64,000 nt of DNA. It comes from Vicugna vicugna (lineage: Eukaryota). Each line of letters begins with the position of its first letter. Within the stretch, counting starts at the first letter, position 1. This document shows positions 48,900 through 61,165 of the stretch, piece after piece. The DNA lies in NCBI GenBank assembly GCA_013265495.1, contig MU061904.1:1054001-1118000 (forward strand), in the 5' to 3' direction. Below the pieces are notes generated by a model. That model ran no database searches and was not told the origin of the DNA. It saw nothing but the letters and a program-made list of their open reading frames with translations. The position numbers and the translations under genes were made by a program.

Positions 48900-51660
48900 C
48901 ATTTGTAAAATTTACAAGAGGATGTATATTTTCTAAATCACTAAGAAAATTAAACCAGGAAATTAAGTCCGTTTAGAAAGTGAGAGGAATCGGTGAGAAA
49001 GCAATAAAACATGATCACAGAGGACCAGAGTTAGTAACTAACACAAAAGCAAATTGGATTAAACACTCTATTAAAATGCAAAGACTCTCCAAAGAAGCTG
49101 AAATATAAAATCCAACAAGACATGCTGTTTAAGAGAAAACTTAAAATTATATGAAAGCCAAAAATAAGGGGACAGATAATAATTTATAAAGCACATATAA
49201 ACAAAAAAGAAGAGAAATTCTAATATCAAAGAAAGTAAAATTCAAGGCAAAAAGCATAATTGGACACAAAGAATAACTTAAGACTAGTAAGTCTTCCTTA
49301 TGAATTGTACCTGACACAAGAATTTGTGTACTAAATAACAGTATCAAAATATATAAAGCAAAAGCTTCTAGACAAGATGAAACTGAGAGAAATAACTATA
49401 ATAGGAGAATCTAAGACAATACTATTTAGTCTATGGTAGTTAATAACCAAAAATAAGAAAGTGAAATTTGAATAATTAAAGTGGTTGAACAGATACACAT
49501 TCACCTCTGTCTCACACAAATTGAATAAACATTCATTTAAAACACCCATAGAACACTTTAAAAATGTTAGGCCCCAAAACCTCAATAAATTCTTAAAAAC
49601 AAAAACCACACAAGCCGTGTTTTCAAGGTAAAAATCCCATCAGTAGCAAAAAATTTTGAAAAAAAAAGTCAACCACACAGAAATTTTAAAATATTTTTAG
49701 TTACTGAAACAAAAACTTAAAACACAAAGATAAACTACTTAGAAAATAAGACACATCAACATAGCAGGGATGTGAACATATTTGTAATTGGAGATAACCA
49801 AAAGCCTTTAATACTTTCAACTGTATACAAACAAAAACAAAAGTTACAGGGAAAAAAAATCTAGAGAAATCAAAGGAAATAATAAACACAAAATGAGAAA
49901 GTAATACATTTTAAAACAAAATCACAATTGATAAACAAGTCCAAACACCACTTTTTTTTCCCTAAGGGAAAAAAGATACCTTTAGCAAGTTTAAGCAAGG
50001 AAAAAATTAAGACAACGGAAGAACTAAGAAAAGGTAAATTTCCTATAACTTAGAAGTAGCAAGTTTAATAGAAAAGAGATTTTATTCTCTTTCTATTAAA
50101 ATTATCTAATAAATGTGTTAAATTTCAACAAAATGAAAAGATTTCTGGAAAAGTATAAATTACTTAAATTTAGTAAGAAGAACCACAAAATGAAAAATAC
50201 ATTTTAAAACAAGAAATTTTTAATTTACATTTAAAGTTACTTAAACTTAAAATACCTAACATACTAATAGCTACAGAAGAAACTGGGGTTATCAAGAGTT
50301 TATCTCCTAATAGGGCTCTGAACTCAAAAGTTTTATAGGCATGGTCCTTCAATTTTTCATGGAACAAATCACTCCCATGCTATAATATAACTGCTTAATG
50401 TACAGAAAAATATATACAGTTATCATATTCATTTTACAGAGCTAGCAAAATCCCTGTATCAAAACTTGGATGACAGCCCAAAAGACCAAATTCACTCATG
50501 TAAAAAGGCTATTTTCCTAAATAAAATATTAGCAAATCAAATTCTCTAGTACCAACAGGGCAGTCACAGTTTAGGAGAAATGTATTCCAAAGGACATCCT
50601 GTATTTCAAAACTAATTTTCCCAGAAAAATAAATGTAAACACAGGGGGTACAAGGTTGGACAGCATAACTCTACAATCACTATAGTATATTTTTACTTTG
50701 AGACCACTTTTTCTTATCTCATCTTTATTTCTAATATTTCAAGAGAGGACTCTCACTCATAGTGATGGTTTCTTTTGGCTCTTTTATCATATTTAATTTA
50801 GGTCCCAAAGATACCGAGACTTAAGCATGCTTCTGAACACTAGTTTTAACACTACCATTTAATAATGCCTGTAAGAGAATATGGTTAACAGTGAATGTTA
50901 AAATAGCCACCCAAATCGCTCTCAGAGTGTGCTGGTAAAGACCCTGGGTGTTACCGCACACTAACACAGGATGATGGCACATCTGTTTACCAGTTAAAGC
51001 TGCACTGCTATGAGGTAAAATCATGAGCAGTTTACAATGCTGTAAGACTGCCAGTTCTGAAATGATGCAATTCTTGGTCATTTTTTAGGGTATAAGTTTG
51101 TGCATTACTTCAAATTTCAAAAACAAAGTGACTCTTTACTAATATTATTAGATCAACTATTTTTAAACCATATAATTCAAGTCTACATAAAAATTTTAAA
51201 AAATTTTTTTAATTAACCAACCTGATTCTAGGCGTTCAAAGATGGTTTAATAGTGGAAAATCTTATTAAAGCATCATCAACAAATCAAATGGGGAAGAAA
51301 AAAACCATACAATCATCTTAGCAGATATTCAAAAAGTGTATTTGACAAAATTCCAGGGCCATTTGTAATTCAAATACTTTAAAATCTAAAAATAGAGGGT
51401 ATTTCCTTTCTAGATAAATATCTGACTCAAAACAGGCAGCCTAATGGTAAAACACTACGGAGATACCCATTAAAACCAGAAACAAAACAATGTCTTCCAT
51501 CATCATCATCATTTAACATTTCAGTCAACAAAACATGCAATAAAAATTAAACTATTATAAGAAACAACATTATCATTATTCATGAATGATACCAAAGTAT
51601 TTCCTAGAAAACCCATTGCAAAATTGCTGGAAAAAAGAGTACTAGAATTAAGTGACTAGA
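48900..51660 (+). mobile_element. Highly degenerate L1M ORF2 fragments
   Basis: A-rich L1-like text (GGAGAATCTAAGACAATACTATT, TTTGACAAAATTCCAGG, TTTCCTAGAAAACCC). Confidence 0.7.
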
Positions 51661-51679
51661 TACCATGAAAATATAACTT

Positions 51680-52530
51680 TATGGTCTGATGAGACCACAG
51701 AATTATTACTGCTCAAACCCTTCCACCTTTCTCCACCAGGACTGGCTGTATCCCAGTTTGAGTCGCTATTATTGTTTGCCTGGATTACTGCATCAAGCTC
51801 TTCTATTAACCGGCTTCCCTATCTTCGGTCTGGTGAGATTATACAGTACAGCCACAAGACAAATCTGATTGTGTCATTTCTTTGCATAGAATCTTCTCAT
51901 AGCTTCCCATCACAATTAGAGTAAGATCCAAATTCCTTATCACAGCCTCATAAGGCCCTACCCAACCAGGCCTTACACAAACGCCATTCCTCACACTCTA
52001 GCCATATGGTCCTCCATTCTGCTCCTCAAAACATTAGGAGCTTTGTGCTAGTTCTTCACCCAGCCAGCATTACTCTTCCCTTAAACCTCACAAACTTGGC
52101 TCCTTCTAATACGTCAATTACATCTAATCTTAATCAATTACATCTCTCCTCAGAGAGCTCTTTGATCATCCAACCTAAAGTGGCCACCCAGTCACTATCT
52201 CCCATCACCCTGTTTTAATTCCCTCCATAGAGTCTAAAGTTCATGCTCTGATCTTTTCCCTGTATGTCTGGCTTCTTCTCCCACTAATGTCACCTCCATG
52301 AGAGCAAGAACTTTGCCTTAATACCTGTTCATGGCCAAAACTTAAGTAAGTGCCTGGCACACAAGAAGGGCTACTCCTCTTCTCTGAATCTTAATTGTCT
52401 GTCATTATCAACAGATTTTAAGCCCCATAAAACAGGAACCATTCCTACTTTAGTCACTGTTTGATCACCAGGACTCAGATACTGGCTATACAGTCAATAA
52501 ATACCTGATGAATGAATGAATGAATGAATC
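51680..52530 (+). mobile_element. L2 3' portion with (TGAA)n tail
   Basis: CTTCCCATCACAATTAGAGTAAGATCCAAATTCCTTA...GTGCCTGGCACACAAG...TGAATGAATGAATGAAT. Confidence 0.8.
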
Positions 52531-53168
52531 CCTCCTTCCCTCTCTTTAACCCTAGTTGTCTAAGATAGGGCAAACTTCTTTGGTGAGTCCAACACATTAC
52601 TAGCTTATATTGAACGTGTAGCCAACTAACGATTTCATGTGAACTGTTATAAAGTTAGATCTCACATCTATCCACTCCCCCAATTCTACACTTGTGTGAC
52701 TGACTTAAGATAAACACAGAACCTTAATAAAGTTTGATAGCATTGTTGAAATTAATCTTTCAAATGCCTTCACCAAAAAAAAAAACAATAACACATCAAG
52801 AAAAATTAGATCTTTAAGTCTTAATCCATAACTGTGTAAGTAGTTGGGCAGAGAAGATACCTCCCTAAAGTTATACTGGGGGTAGGTGGGGGGAAACCTG
52901 AGGTATTAAAAAGTTATTCTATCTTAAAAAAAAAAAGTTAATCTTATCAGTGTGTAGAGAAATGACCATTCTATGCTAAAATGGTCAAAACTAATAAAAC
53001 CACAAGGATTGCCTCCTAAGGATTTAATTAATATACTGGATCGCTATTTGATTACCAGAGAGTTACTCACTAAATATGACAGAGTACATATTTGCTGGTT
53101 TGTGGGCACTCTGAAGTATCTAATTACTTCAAACAAAAGGCCACATTCTCAATTTTTTATATTTTGTT

Positions 53169-53174
53169 TTTATT
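53169..53174 (-). terminator. CDC5L: Second poly(A) signal AATAAA of CDC5L
   Basis: Plus-strand TTTATT about 300 nt past the stop codon; motif only. Confidence 0.4.
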
Positions 53175-53319
53175 CAAGAGTTTACTCACAGGCAGCACTT
53201 TAAAATCAGGCTTTTAAAATTAAAGGCCAAAACTGGAAAAAAAAATTGCAAATATGACACTGCTAAAAGAATGATCATCTTAATAATTTAACCCTAAAAT
53301 GTCTTGTGGAGTTAAAGTC

Positions 53320-53325
53320 TTTATT
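53320..53325 (-). terminator. CDC5L: Proximal poly(A) signal AATAAA of CDC5L
   Basis: Plus-strand TTTATT about 150 nt past the stop codon. On the minus strand it is followed by a GU/U-rich stretch (GTGTCATATTTGCAATTTTTTTTT). Confidence 0.65.
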
Positions 53326-53475
53326 CATAAATGTGTAAGATCAATATCATTTAAAATAAACAACTGAAAAACCACATATCATGGGCAAATTTGTCAAAGA
53401 TAAACATCAGTTTCAGCCTTGCAGGGTATGAACACCAGCAATTAATTCATCTTGTGACAGAATATAAACTATCCT

Positions 53476-54328
<853 letters not shown>

Positions 54329-54541
54329 NNNNNNNNNNNNNNNNNNNNNNNNNNNNNNNNNNNNNNNNNNNNNNNNNNNNNNNNNNNNNNNNNNNNNNNN
54401 NNNNNNNNNNNNNNNNNNNNNNNNNNNNNNNNNNNNNNNNNNNNNNNNNNNNNNNNNNNNNNNNNNNNNNNNNNNNNNNNNNNNNNNNNNNNNNNNNNNN
54501 NNNNNNNNNNNNNNNNNNGTTGTCATGTGACCTCTGTTTAT
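54329..54541 (-). CDS. CDC5L: CDC5L penultimate coding exon; only 54519-54541 is sequenced, 3' boundary inferred
   Basis: Reverse complement reads ccccag|ATA AAC AGA GGT CAC ATG ACA AC = INRGHMT, matching CDC5L ...RLE|INRGHMTTEAKR. The known 71-aa segment up to ...PRRLE|CLKED implies 213 nt ending at 54329, inside the N gap 54315-54518 (inference). Confidence 0.88.
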
Positions 54542-55862
54542 CTGGGGAGTGGGGGGGAGTGCACATCATCACACATGAGATAAGCAGGCGAAATAACAGG
54601 ACTAAAAAGGCACGCCTGGTCTTCTACTGCTGCAAGCAAAAGTACACTGGAGTTCCTTATGCTTCAGCTACCTTAGTACAAAATTAGGCTTAGGGTCTGT
54701 CTTGCACCTGAATGGTTTTAGTCCCAAATAAGCTATTCATAGTAACTTTACCCTTGATTCAATCTCAAAGTAGGCTTGAATACCACAGTATGGGGAAAAC
54801 TAATCTCTACCTACAAAAATAACTTCTGCTATCACTAATCTGCAATGATTTGGGGACTGGCAGCAACCCACCTTCACCATCTGTATCTCAAAAATGCACT
54901 TCTATATTATACGTCCAGAATATTTTAATAACTGAATAATAAATAGAGCATTGCTGTGATCAAAACATAACCTCCTCAAACTACAAAATTCCTCAATTAT
55001 TTTTCTAATGTTATAATTCTAACTTTGGCATAAAACCCACAAAGGAAAGAGAACATCACATTTGGCAATAAAAAAACTTTAATTTTTGAGGAGCAAATGA
55101 ACACCATAAAATTAAAAGAAAAGACGGTTTTCCTATTAAGTATACTGAGCATAAGTGGGCTGCCTCCTCAGATCATTCTAAAATTAGAGGAAACAAATTT
55201 AAAATGCATAAATTCAAAAAAGAATTACAGAGGGACAACAGAAGATTTCAACAAAATTCTGGAGCTGACACAGAAAGGCAGAGAAAGCCCCAACTTAGAG
55301 GGTCCAAGGAGAGGGGGCTGAGAAGGCAGCAGGTGTGCAATGCAGAATCCCACCCCATCAGCAAAACACCTTCTCCAGGTGTACATTCTGTACCCCATGA
55401 TATAATCATATCGCCATGATCTGGAAAGTCATGTTCCCAACACACAACACTTAAAATTGTGAGGTCAAAACCTTAGGAATAATTATGAAATCTGTGTTAA
55501 TTTCTTTGTGTCTCCCCTCTCCCCTCAAACTGATTCCGTCAAGTGACTTCTATAAGCAATCAAAATTAAGTGGTCTCAGGGTAATATAGCCCAAATGACT
55601 CTATAATTCATAATAATGTAACTAAGAGCACCCCATAACAAAAAAGACAGTGTGACTTTTTTTTTCTGAAATACTAAATATGATAAGTAGAAACGGTACC
55701 ATGGGAAAATACTGTCAAATACAAAATACTGACATGAAAAGTATATACAGGATGTTTTTTAAATATTTAGAAATATAATCACCAACACAAAACAGCTTTC
55801 CCTGATAACAACTTTGAAACATCCACTTCAATGTGTAACATCTGATTTAAAAACAAACATGT

Positions 55863-55956
55863 TGGGGGTGAAGTTATAGCTCAGTGGTAGAGCACATGCC
55901 TGGCATGCACGAGGTCCTGGGTTCAATCCCCAGTGACTCCATTAACAGTAAGGGAG
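55863..55956 (+). mobile_element. Vic-1-type SINE with perfect 15-bp TSD
   Basis: TATAGCTCAGTGGTAGAGC...GGTCCTGGGTTCAATCCCCAG. TSD TAAAAACAAACATGT at 55848-55862 and 55957-55971. Confidence 0.9.
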
Positions 55957-56439
55957 TAAAAACAAACATGTCAATCTCAATGCTTTCTTTAAAAAAAAAA
56001 AAAAGTAAGAACACCAAAAAACACAGTGTTCCCCAAAATATACAGTACACTTGTACTGGAAAAGAAGTACTTTATACCCATCCATCTCCAGCTTAGTTGA
56101 CTAGAAATCAAAGACAAGCCTATGGCAAAGGGGGTGGCAGGGAAGCAACATGTTGCATGCGTGCCTTCAGAGATGGAGATAAAATTTACATAAAGCTCTT
56201 TTAAAACCATTCATATCTTCAGCATTTTATAATAGCTAATAAGCTTTTATTCCACTGCAATTCACTTGAAGACAAAAATCCATGAATAAATAATGTCCTT
56301 TATAAAGGAGCCATTTCCCTCTAAGAGATAACAAATCAAAGTTCATTCCTCGGCCATGATATGCCTTCTAAGGGTCAGGAAGTACTAGGTAAAGTCAGCA
56401 GTACAGTAGAGTCGGGGAATGCGCCACACTTTCCACCAG

Positions 56440-56640
56440 GCACTGCCACCCAGCTGTTTTGAGTTGATGTGGGTTATTTAACCTCTGTATCTCCATTTCT
56501 CCATCAGTAAAATGGCAGCAATTGCTAAAAGTTATGAAGTTTAAATGAGATAATGTATATAAAAGCCCTTAGCTGCCCAGAAACTGGCATAAAGTAAGCA
56601 GTCAACAAATGTTAGCTCTGATTACAATTATTATAGGTTT
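56440..56640 (+). mobile_element. MIR
   Basis: TTTAACCTCTGTATCTCCATTTCTCCATCAGTAAAATGG...TTTAAATGAGATAATG. Confidence 0.8.
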
Positions 56641-56914
56641 AACCATTTTGCTCTCCTCTCTGATGGACCAAGGGACTAAGGATAAGACTTTACAACCCCT
56701 TTTTAAATTCCAACTTTAATAAAAAATGACGTGGACCCCTTCCTGGGAATAAAAGCAAGGAAAAATAGCTGTTCTTTCTTTTAAGTGAGTAGTTTGCCTC
56801 TTGAGGACCATCACACCAAGTAACAGGAACTGGAGCACATCTTTTCAAGCCAATGCTATTCAACTCCAGCTAAACTTTAGAATTACCTGTAGAGCTATTA
56901 AAATCTACCAGTGC

Positions 56915-57004
56915 GGGGAGGGTATAGCTCAGTGGTAGAGTGTGCACTTAGCATGCACGAGGTCCTGGGTTCAATCCCCAGCACCTCTGTTAAAAAAAGA
57001 TAAA
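56915..57004 (+). mobile_element. Vic-1-type SINE with perfect 16-bp TSD
   Basis: GGGGAGGGTATAGCTCAGTGGTAGAGTGTGCACTTAGCATGCACGAGGTCCTGGGTTCAATCCCCAGCACCTC. TSD TAAAATCTACCAGTGC at 56899-56914 and 57005-57020. Confidence 0.92.
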
Positions 57005-58235
57005 TAAAATCTACCAGTGCTGTAAACCCAGAGACCCTTATTTAAATGGTCTCAGATCATTTTATTTTTAAAGCACCCCGTGATTCTAAGAGGCAATCAG
57101 AATGGAGAATCCTCTTTAAGCCATTGCCATTACAGAAGCTAGACACAGCTATTCTCCCTTAAAGAGACCTACCAACTAGATCCATGAGTTAGCTGCATCA
57201 AATTCCTTATACTATTCAGCATATTCCAAAAATGCCAACATTAAATACTCCAATACATGTGGATTCAAATACATCCCAAAAAACAGAATTTCAAGTTGAT
57301 ACTTATAGTGATTTTTTTTAAAATTAGTCATACAAATTATCATTTTCATTGGTTAAGATAATTCAATTAGCTATACACTGCACTTCATGGAAATTCAATT
57401 TCCAACCTGGTGTAACAACATAATACTTATGCTCAGAGTGTTTAATTAGTCATCAAGGCACATTTAGAATGATTGGTACCTTGTATCTGGGAATTAATCT
57501 CACCTCACAGTTGAGTCATTTATTATTCCCAAACCACCAAAGATTTTAAAACTGCAAAGTTGCTAGCTTCCATTTAATGCCAACAATTTTATTTAATTTA
57601 GCTCAATCTTTATTAAAGTCTTCTGGCTCAAATATTGTGCTAAGATTCTAAGCAAATATGGAAATAAATTACACAAGAAAAAAAGCACAGAAAAAAATAA
57701 TGTAGTCAAATAACCATATAAAGTTAGTATAAAAATATAAAGAAGAAATGAAATACAGCTTTTAATGTTCAATTTCAGCTTGGTTACCTTACATCTGCCA
57801 TCTAGTCATTAAAATGTGAAAGAAGCTATCTGCATACTAGTAAAATGCTCAACCTATGACTGCTCAATACACTTTAGGAGGGAAAAAAAACTAACATATA
57901 ACGTCTGGCCTCTTTTCTAGCCAATAAATCTCTCAAGCACGAAATGCACATGCATACATGGAACAGAACTACCTTAAATCAGCCCCAACTCCCTCGCCCC
58001 ACACTCACACACACACAGAAACAACATTAAAGTCCAACAGAGTATAGAAACTTACTGTTTAAAATAAACAGAATCGGAAAGAATCAGACTCTGATGTAAC
58101 CAGATTAGTATTTCTAAGCCCTTAAAACACACACACACACACGCACACACACACACAATTAAGCATTAGCAACTGCCCTGAAGGAAAACTTATTTTGAAC
58201 AAAACAGTACTGGCTTAAGGAGCTTGTACTGCCTC

Positions 58236-58313
58236 TTATAGCTGATTTACCAAAAGTTTTCTCTCCCAAAAATGACTTTCAAACCCCTGCATTTATAGCT
58301 GATTTACCAAAAG
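58236..58313 (+). repeat. 21-bp perfect direct repeat with 36-bp spacer
   Basis: TTATAGCTGATTTACCAAAAG at 58236-58256 and 58293-58313. Confidence 0.9.
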
Positions 58314-58479
58314 AGTTGTCAAAACTTTTAATCCAATTTAGCTAACACTAAGGGTATTTTGAACGTAAGAGACACGGGAGAGAATTCCCATTCACTAAAA
58401 CTTGGTATTTGCTAGATGCAGTACCTCATTTAATCTTGTATTATCTCAAACTCTCACTTCCATGAGAGTAAAACTATTA

Positions 58480-58600
58480 CCCACCCAAATGTTACAGGTA
58501 AGAAAATCTGAGACCCAGAGAAGTTAAGTAACTTGCCCTAGGCCACACAGTAACTAAGTGATGAAGCTGTGCAGTTGCGTCTTACTCCAAAGTCCAACAA
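58480..58600 (-). mobile_element. MIR
   Basis: TTACAGGTAAGAAAATCTGAGACCCAGAGAAGTTAAGTAACTTGCCCTAGGCCACACAG. Confidence 0.85.
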
Positions 58601-61049
58601 ATCATGCCATACCACAGCTAATAAACCAGATGTCCTCCCTCCCTGCCTCAGCCCCTGAAATGCAAACATGCCTGAAGAAATTCAAGCTGTGGGATGAAAT
58701 GGCTTAACGCCACCAGACTTCACTGAAAAACAAATTATTCTCAAATTATTCTAGACATCGTAAACAAGATCTTAATTAGTGGATTTGTCCATCATTTTTT
58801 CCTTGATTTAGATGTCAACCTGTGCGTAGCCACTTATAAGAATTTTGACACTGAAGAAAAGCTTTTCATTTCCCCAGCTCATATTTTTAAATTCTTAATT
58901 CTCTTATTCTTTAACAAGCTATAAAATTATAGGAAAACAAACATCTCTCAGAAAATTTATATGAGGAAAAAAGGTTATTTTAACAAATTTTTCAGATGTT
59001 GGGCAGAATATAACTAGCCTACTTGGAGATTTTGCCAAAGCTAATCTTTTGCCATAGACTTTAAATGAGAGCAAGTGATGAAGTTTCTCTTTTTCTGAGT
59101 GATACTTATACCATTATACTATTTAAATAAACAGAGTAGTATATGACGATCCCAATTTAGGTATAAACACCTACCTCCTTTCACCCACACATACATATGT
59201 GTGAATGTCCATATATTAATCTTTTTTAATCATATTTAATCTTATATATATACACACACACCCCAGGATGTTTAAGGCAATTATGTATGGATAGTAGGGT
59301 TTTCTCTTTATTTATTTTTTTCATTTAAAATTTTCTACAAAGTACAGGTATTATTTTTAGAAAAAATGCCTACAAATGTTATTTTTTAAATGCATAGAAG
59401 AGAAACTGTCTAAAAAGGACTGGCCAGAGACCAATGGAAAACTGATGGTCCCCAGGAGATGAATCAGTGGAACTGTAAGTGTTTCCTCGGGTCATTACAA
59501 AAGGGGGCTGTATGGGACTTATAAAAGTGTAATTGTNNNNNNNNNNNNNNNNNNNNNNNNNNNNNNNNNNNNNNNNNNNNNNNNNNNNNNNNNNNNNNNN
59601 NNNNNNNNNNNNNNNNNNNNNNNNNNNNNNNNNNNNNNNNNNNNNNNNNNNNNNNNNNNNNNNNNNNNNNNTGAATTCTTGCTTGGGGACCCAGAATATA
59701 ACCTTATACCACTGGAAAAACAGGTTTAAGGATACCGAAAATAAATATAAAGTTAATGGCAGCTCCACTTCCTAGTCCATCAATCCACAGTATGATCCTA
59801 TAGTAGCAAAGATGTGGTTCAACCACCAAAATGTTTGCAAACAACAAGAGTTCACGAGTGACTCTGCTTTAATCTCCACACTGTTCACCAGTATTGAGTT
59901 CTAGCAGTGAACCATCTCTATATTGAGATGCAGATCCAAATAAGTGATTATCGTCAGCACCTAGCGGACGATAGGTCACATCACATTGCATCCCTGCAAA
60001 GCAAGCTAAGCAATAAGGCAAAACCTTACTAGAAGCTTTTTCAAGAACAGTAATGTACCAACAAAGGAATGCCGAGAGCATTTTACATCTGCGTAATTTA
60101 GGAAATGAAACAAGATAAACTGCATGAAACAAATTCAACTCATGTTGAGGCATAACAGAAGCAACATGGTTGTACCAAGGAAATCTCTGGTCCAGCTCTA
60201 GAGTTCTTGCTAGAAACAACCAAAAAATCTGTCAATGCCTTTAGGGGTCATGGCAGAAAGCAGAACGTGAGAAAGAGCATCCCAGGGTACTGGGAACTTC
60301 TTTCCTGCCACCTCATGCCACCCCCCTCACACCACCCCCCACAAGGGGACATAAGTGTAGACCTGCTGAGACACTACAACATGTAATCCCTCCACCCAGA
60401 ACTGCCCACCAACTTAATTTCTACCCTAAGTTTTCACTCTTTAAAGTATTAAGGGTATTTTTTTCCTGTGTAAAAAAAATCTGAGTTTATAATGAAAATC
60501 ATTGAGAAAATAAGATCCATTGTGCAGCCAATTTTGCTGAAATATAACCATTCAGTAAAGTCAGGGGTCCCCATAAGAGTTCTACAAATACACTGAGAAG
60601 GTTTTTAAATGTGTTATCTGTGTTCTTTAAGTTACTTTATTTCCAAGAAGTCAATGTTACATAATATTTCTTGACTAAATTGACTGTGCCAGTAAAACAC
60701 AGAGAGAAGTATTACTTCTGGACCTAGTTTCCACCTCTAAGGAAAGCCTTTCCATTTTTATAGCTAACATGACAAAATCTACTTTTCAGCCAAACTTCCT
60801 CAACACAGCAGTTTAGATACTATTTCAAATACTATTAAATTTAATGGCAGGCCTAAATTCAGACTTCTCATTTCATTTTTGCACCTACTGGAAATTATTT
60901 CACTCAAAATAATTATGTCTTTAGACGATTTCCTATTTCCACTTAAAGTGGAAACAAATTAGAACACTTTAAATTCTATTTGCACTTCCCAAATACAGTA
61001 ATGACTCATTTATCTGGCATCATCGGAAAATGAGGTTCTCCACATGAAG

Positions 61050-61165
61050 TGTTTTCCAGGTAGATGAAGTCCACAAGAGCAGAGCACTCGTCTGCCTTGT
61101 TCCCTGCTACCCCCAGGGCCTAGAACAGAGGCTGAATGTAGGAGATGCTCAGTAACGTTCATGGA
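61050..61165 (+). mobile_element. L2 3' terminus
   Basis: GTCTGCCTTGTTCCCTGCTACCCCCAGGGCCTAGAACAG...GCTCAGTAAC. Confidence 0.7.

Noticed and set aside
55863-57004. tRNA genes
   Set aside because: The A/B boxes belong to SINE heads, with TSDs, A-rich tails and no complete cloverleaf; the same holds for 42151-42279.
58236-58313. Repeat-spacer-repeat (21/36/21) superficially like a minimal CRISPR
   Set aside because: Only two repeats, not palindromic, no cas genes, located in a mammalian intron.
59829-59994. Canonical H/ACA snoRNA
   Set aside because: There is no ANANNA box in the linker, the second hairpin is too short, and the ACA triplets either overlap the stem or lie too far from it. Kept only as a generic structured element.
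59869-60219. 116-aa ORF; GADDNHLFG faintly recalls the parvovirus capsid motif DNHYFG
   Set aside because: It starts at TTG, the conserved downstream STPWGYFDFNRFHCHF is absent, and a few stop-free stretches of this length are expected by chance in 64 kb. tBLASTn against viral proteins would settle it.
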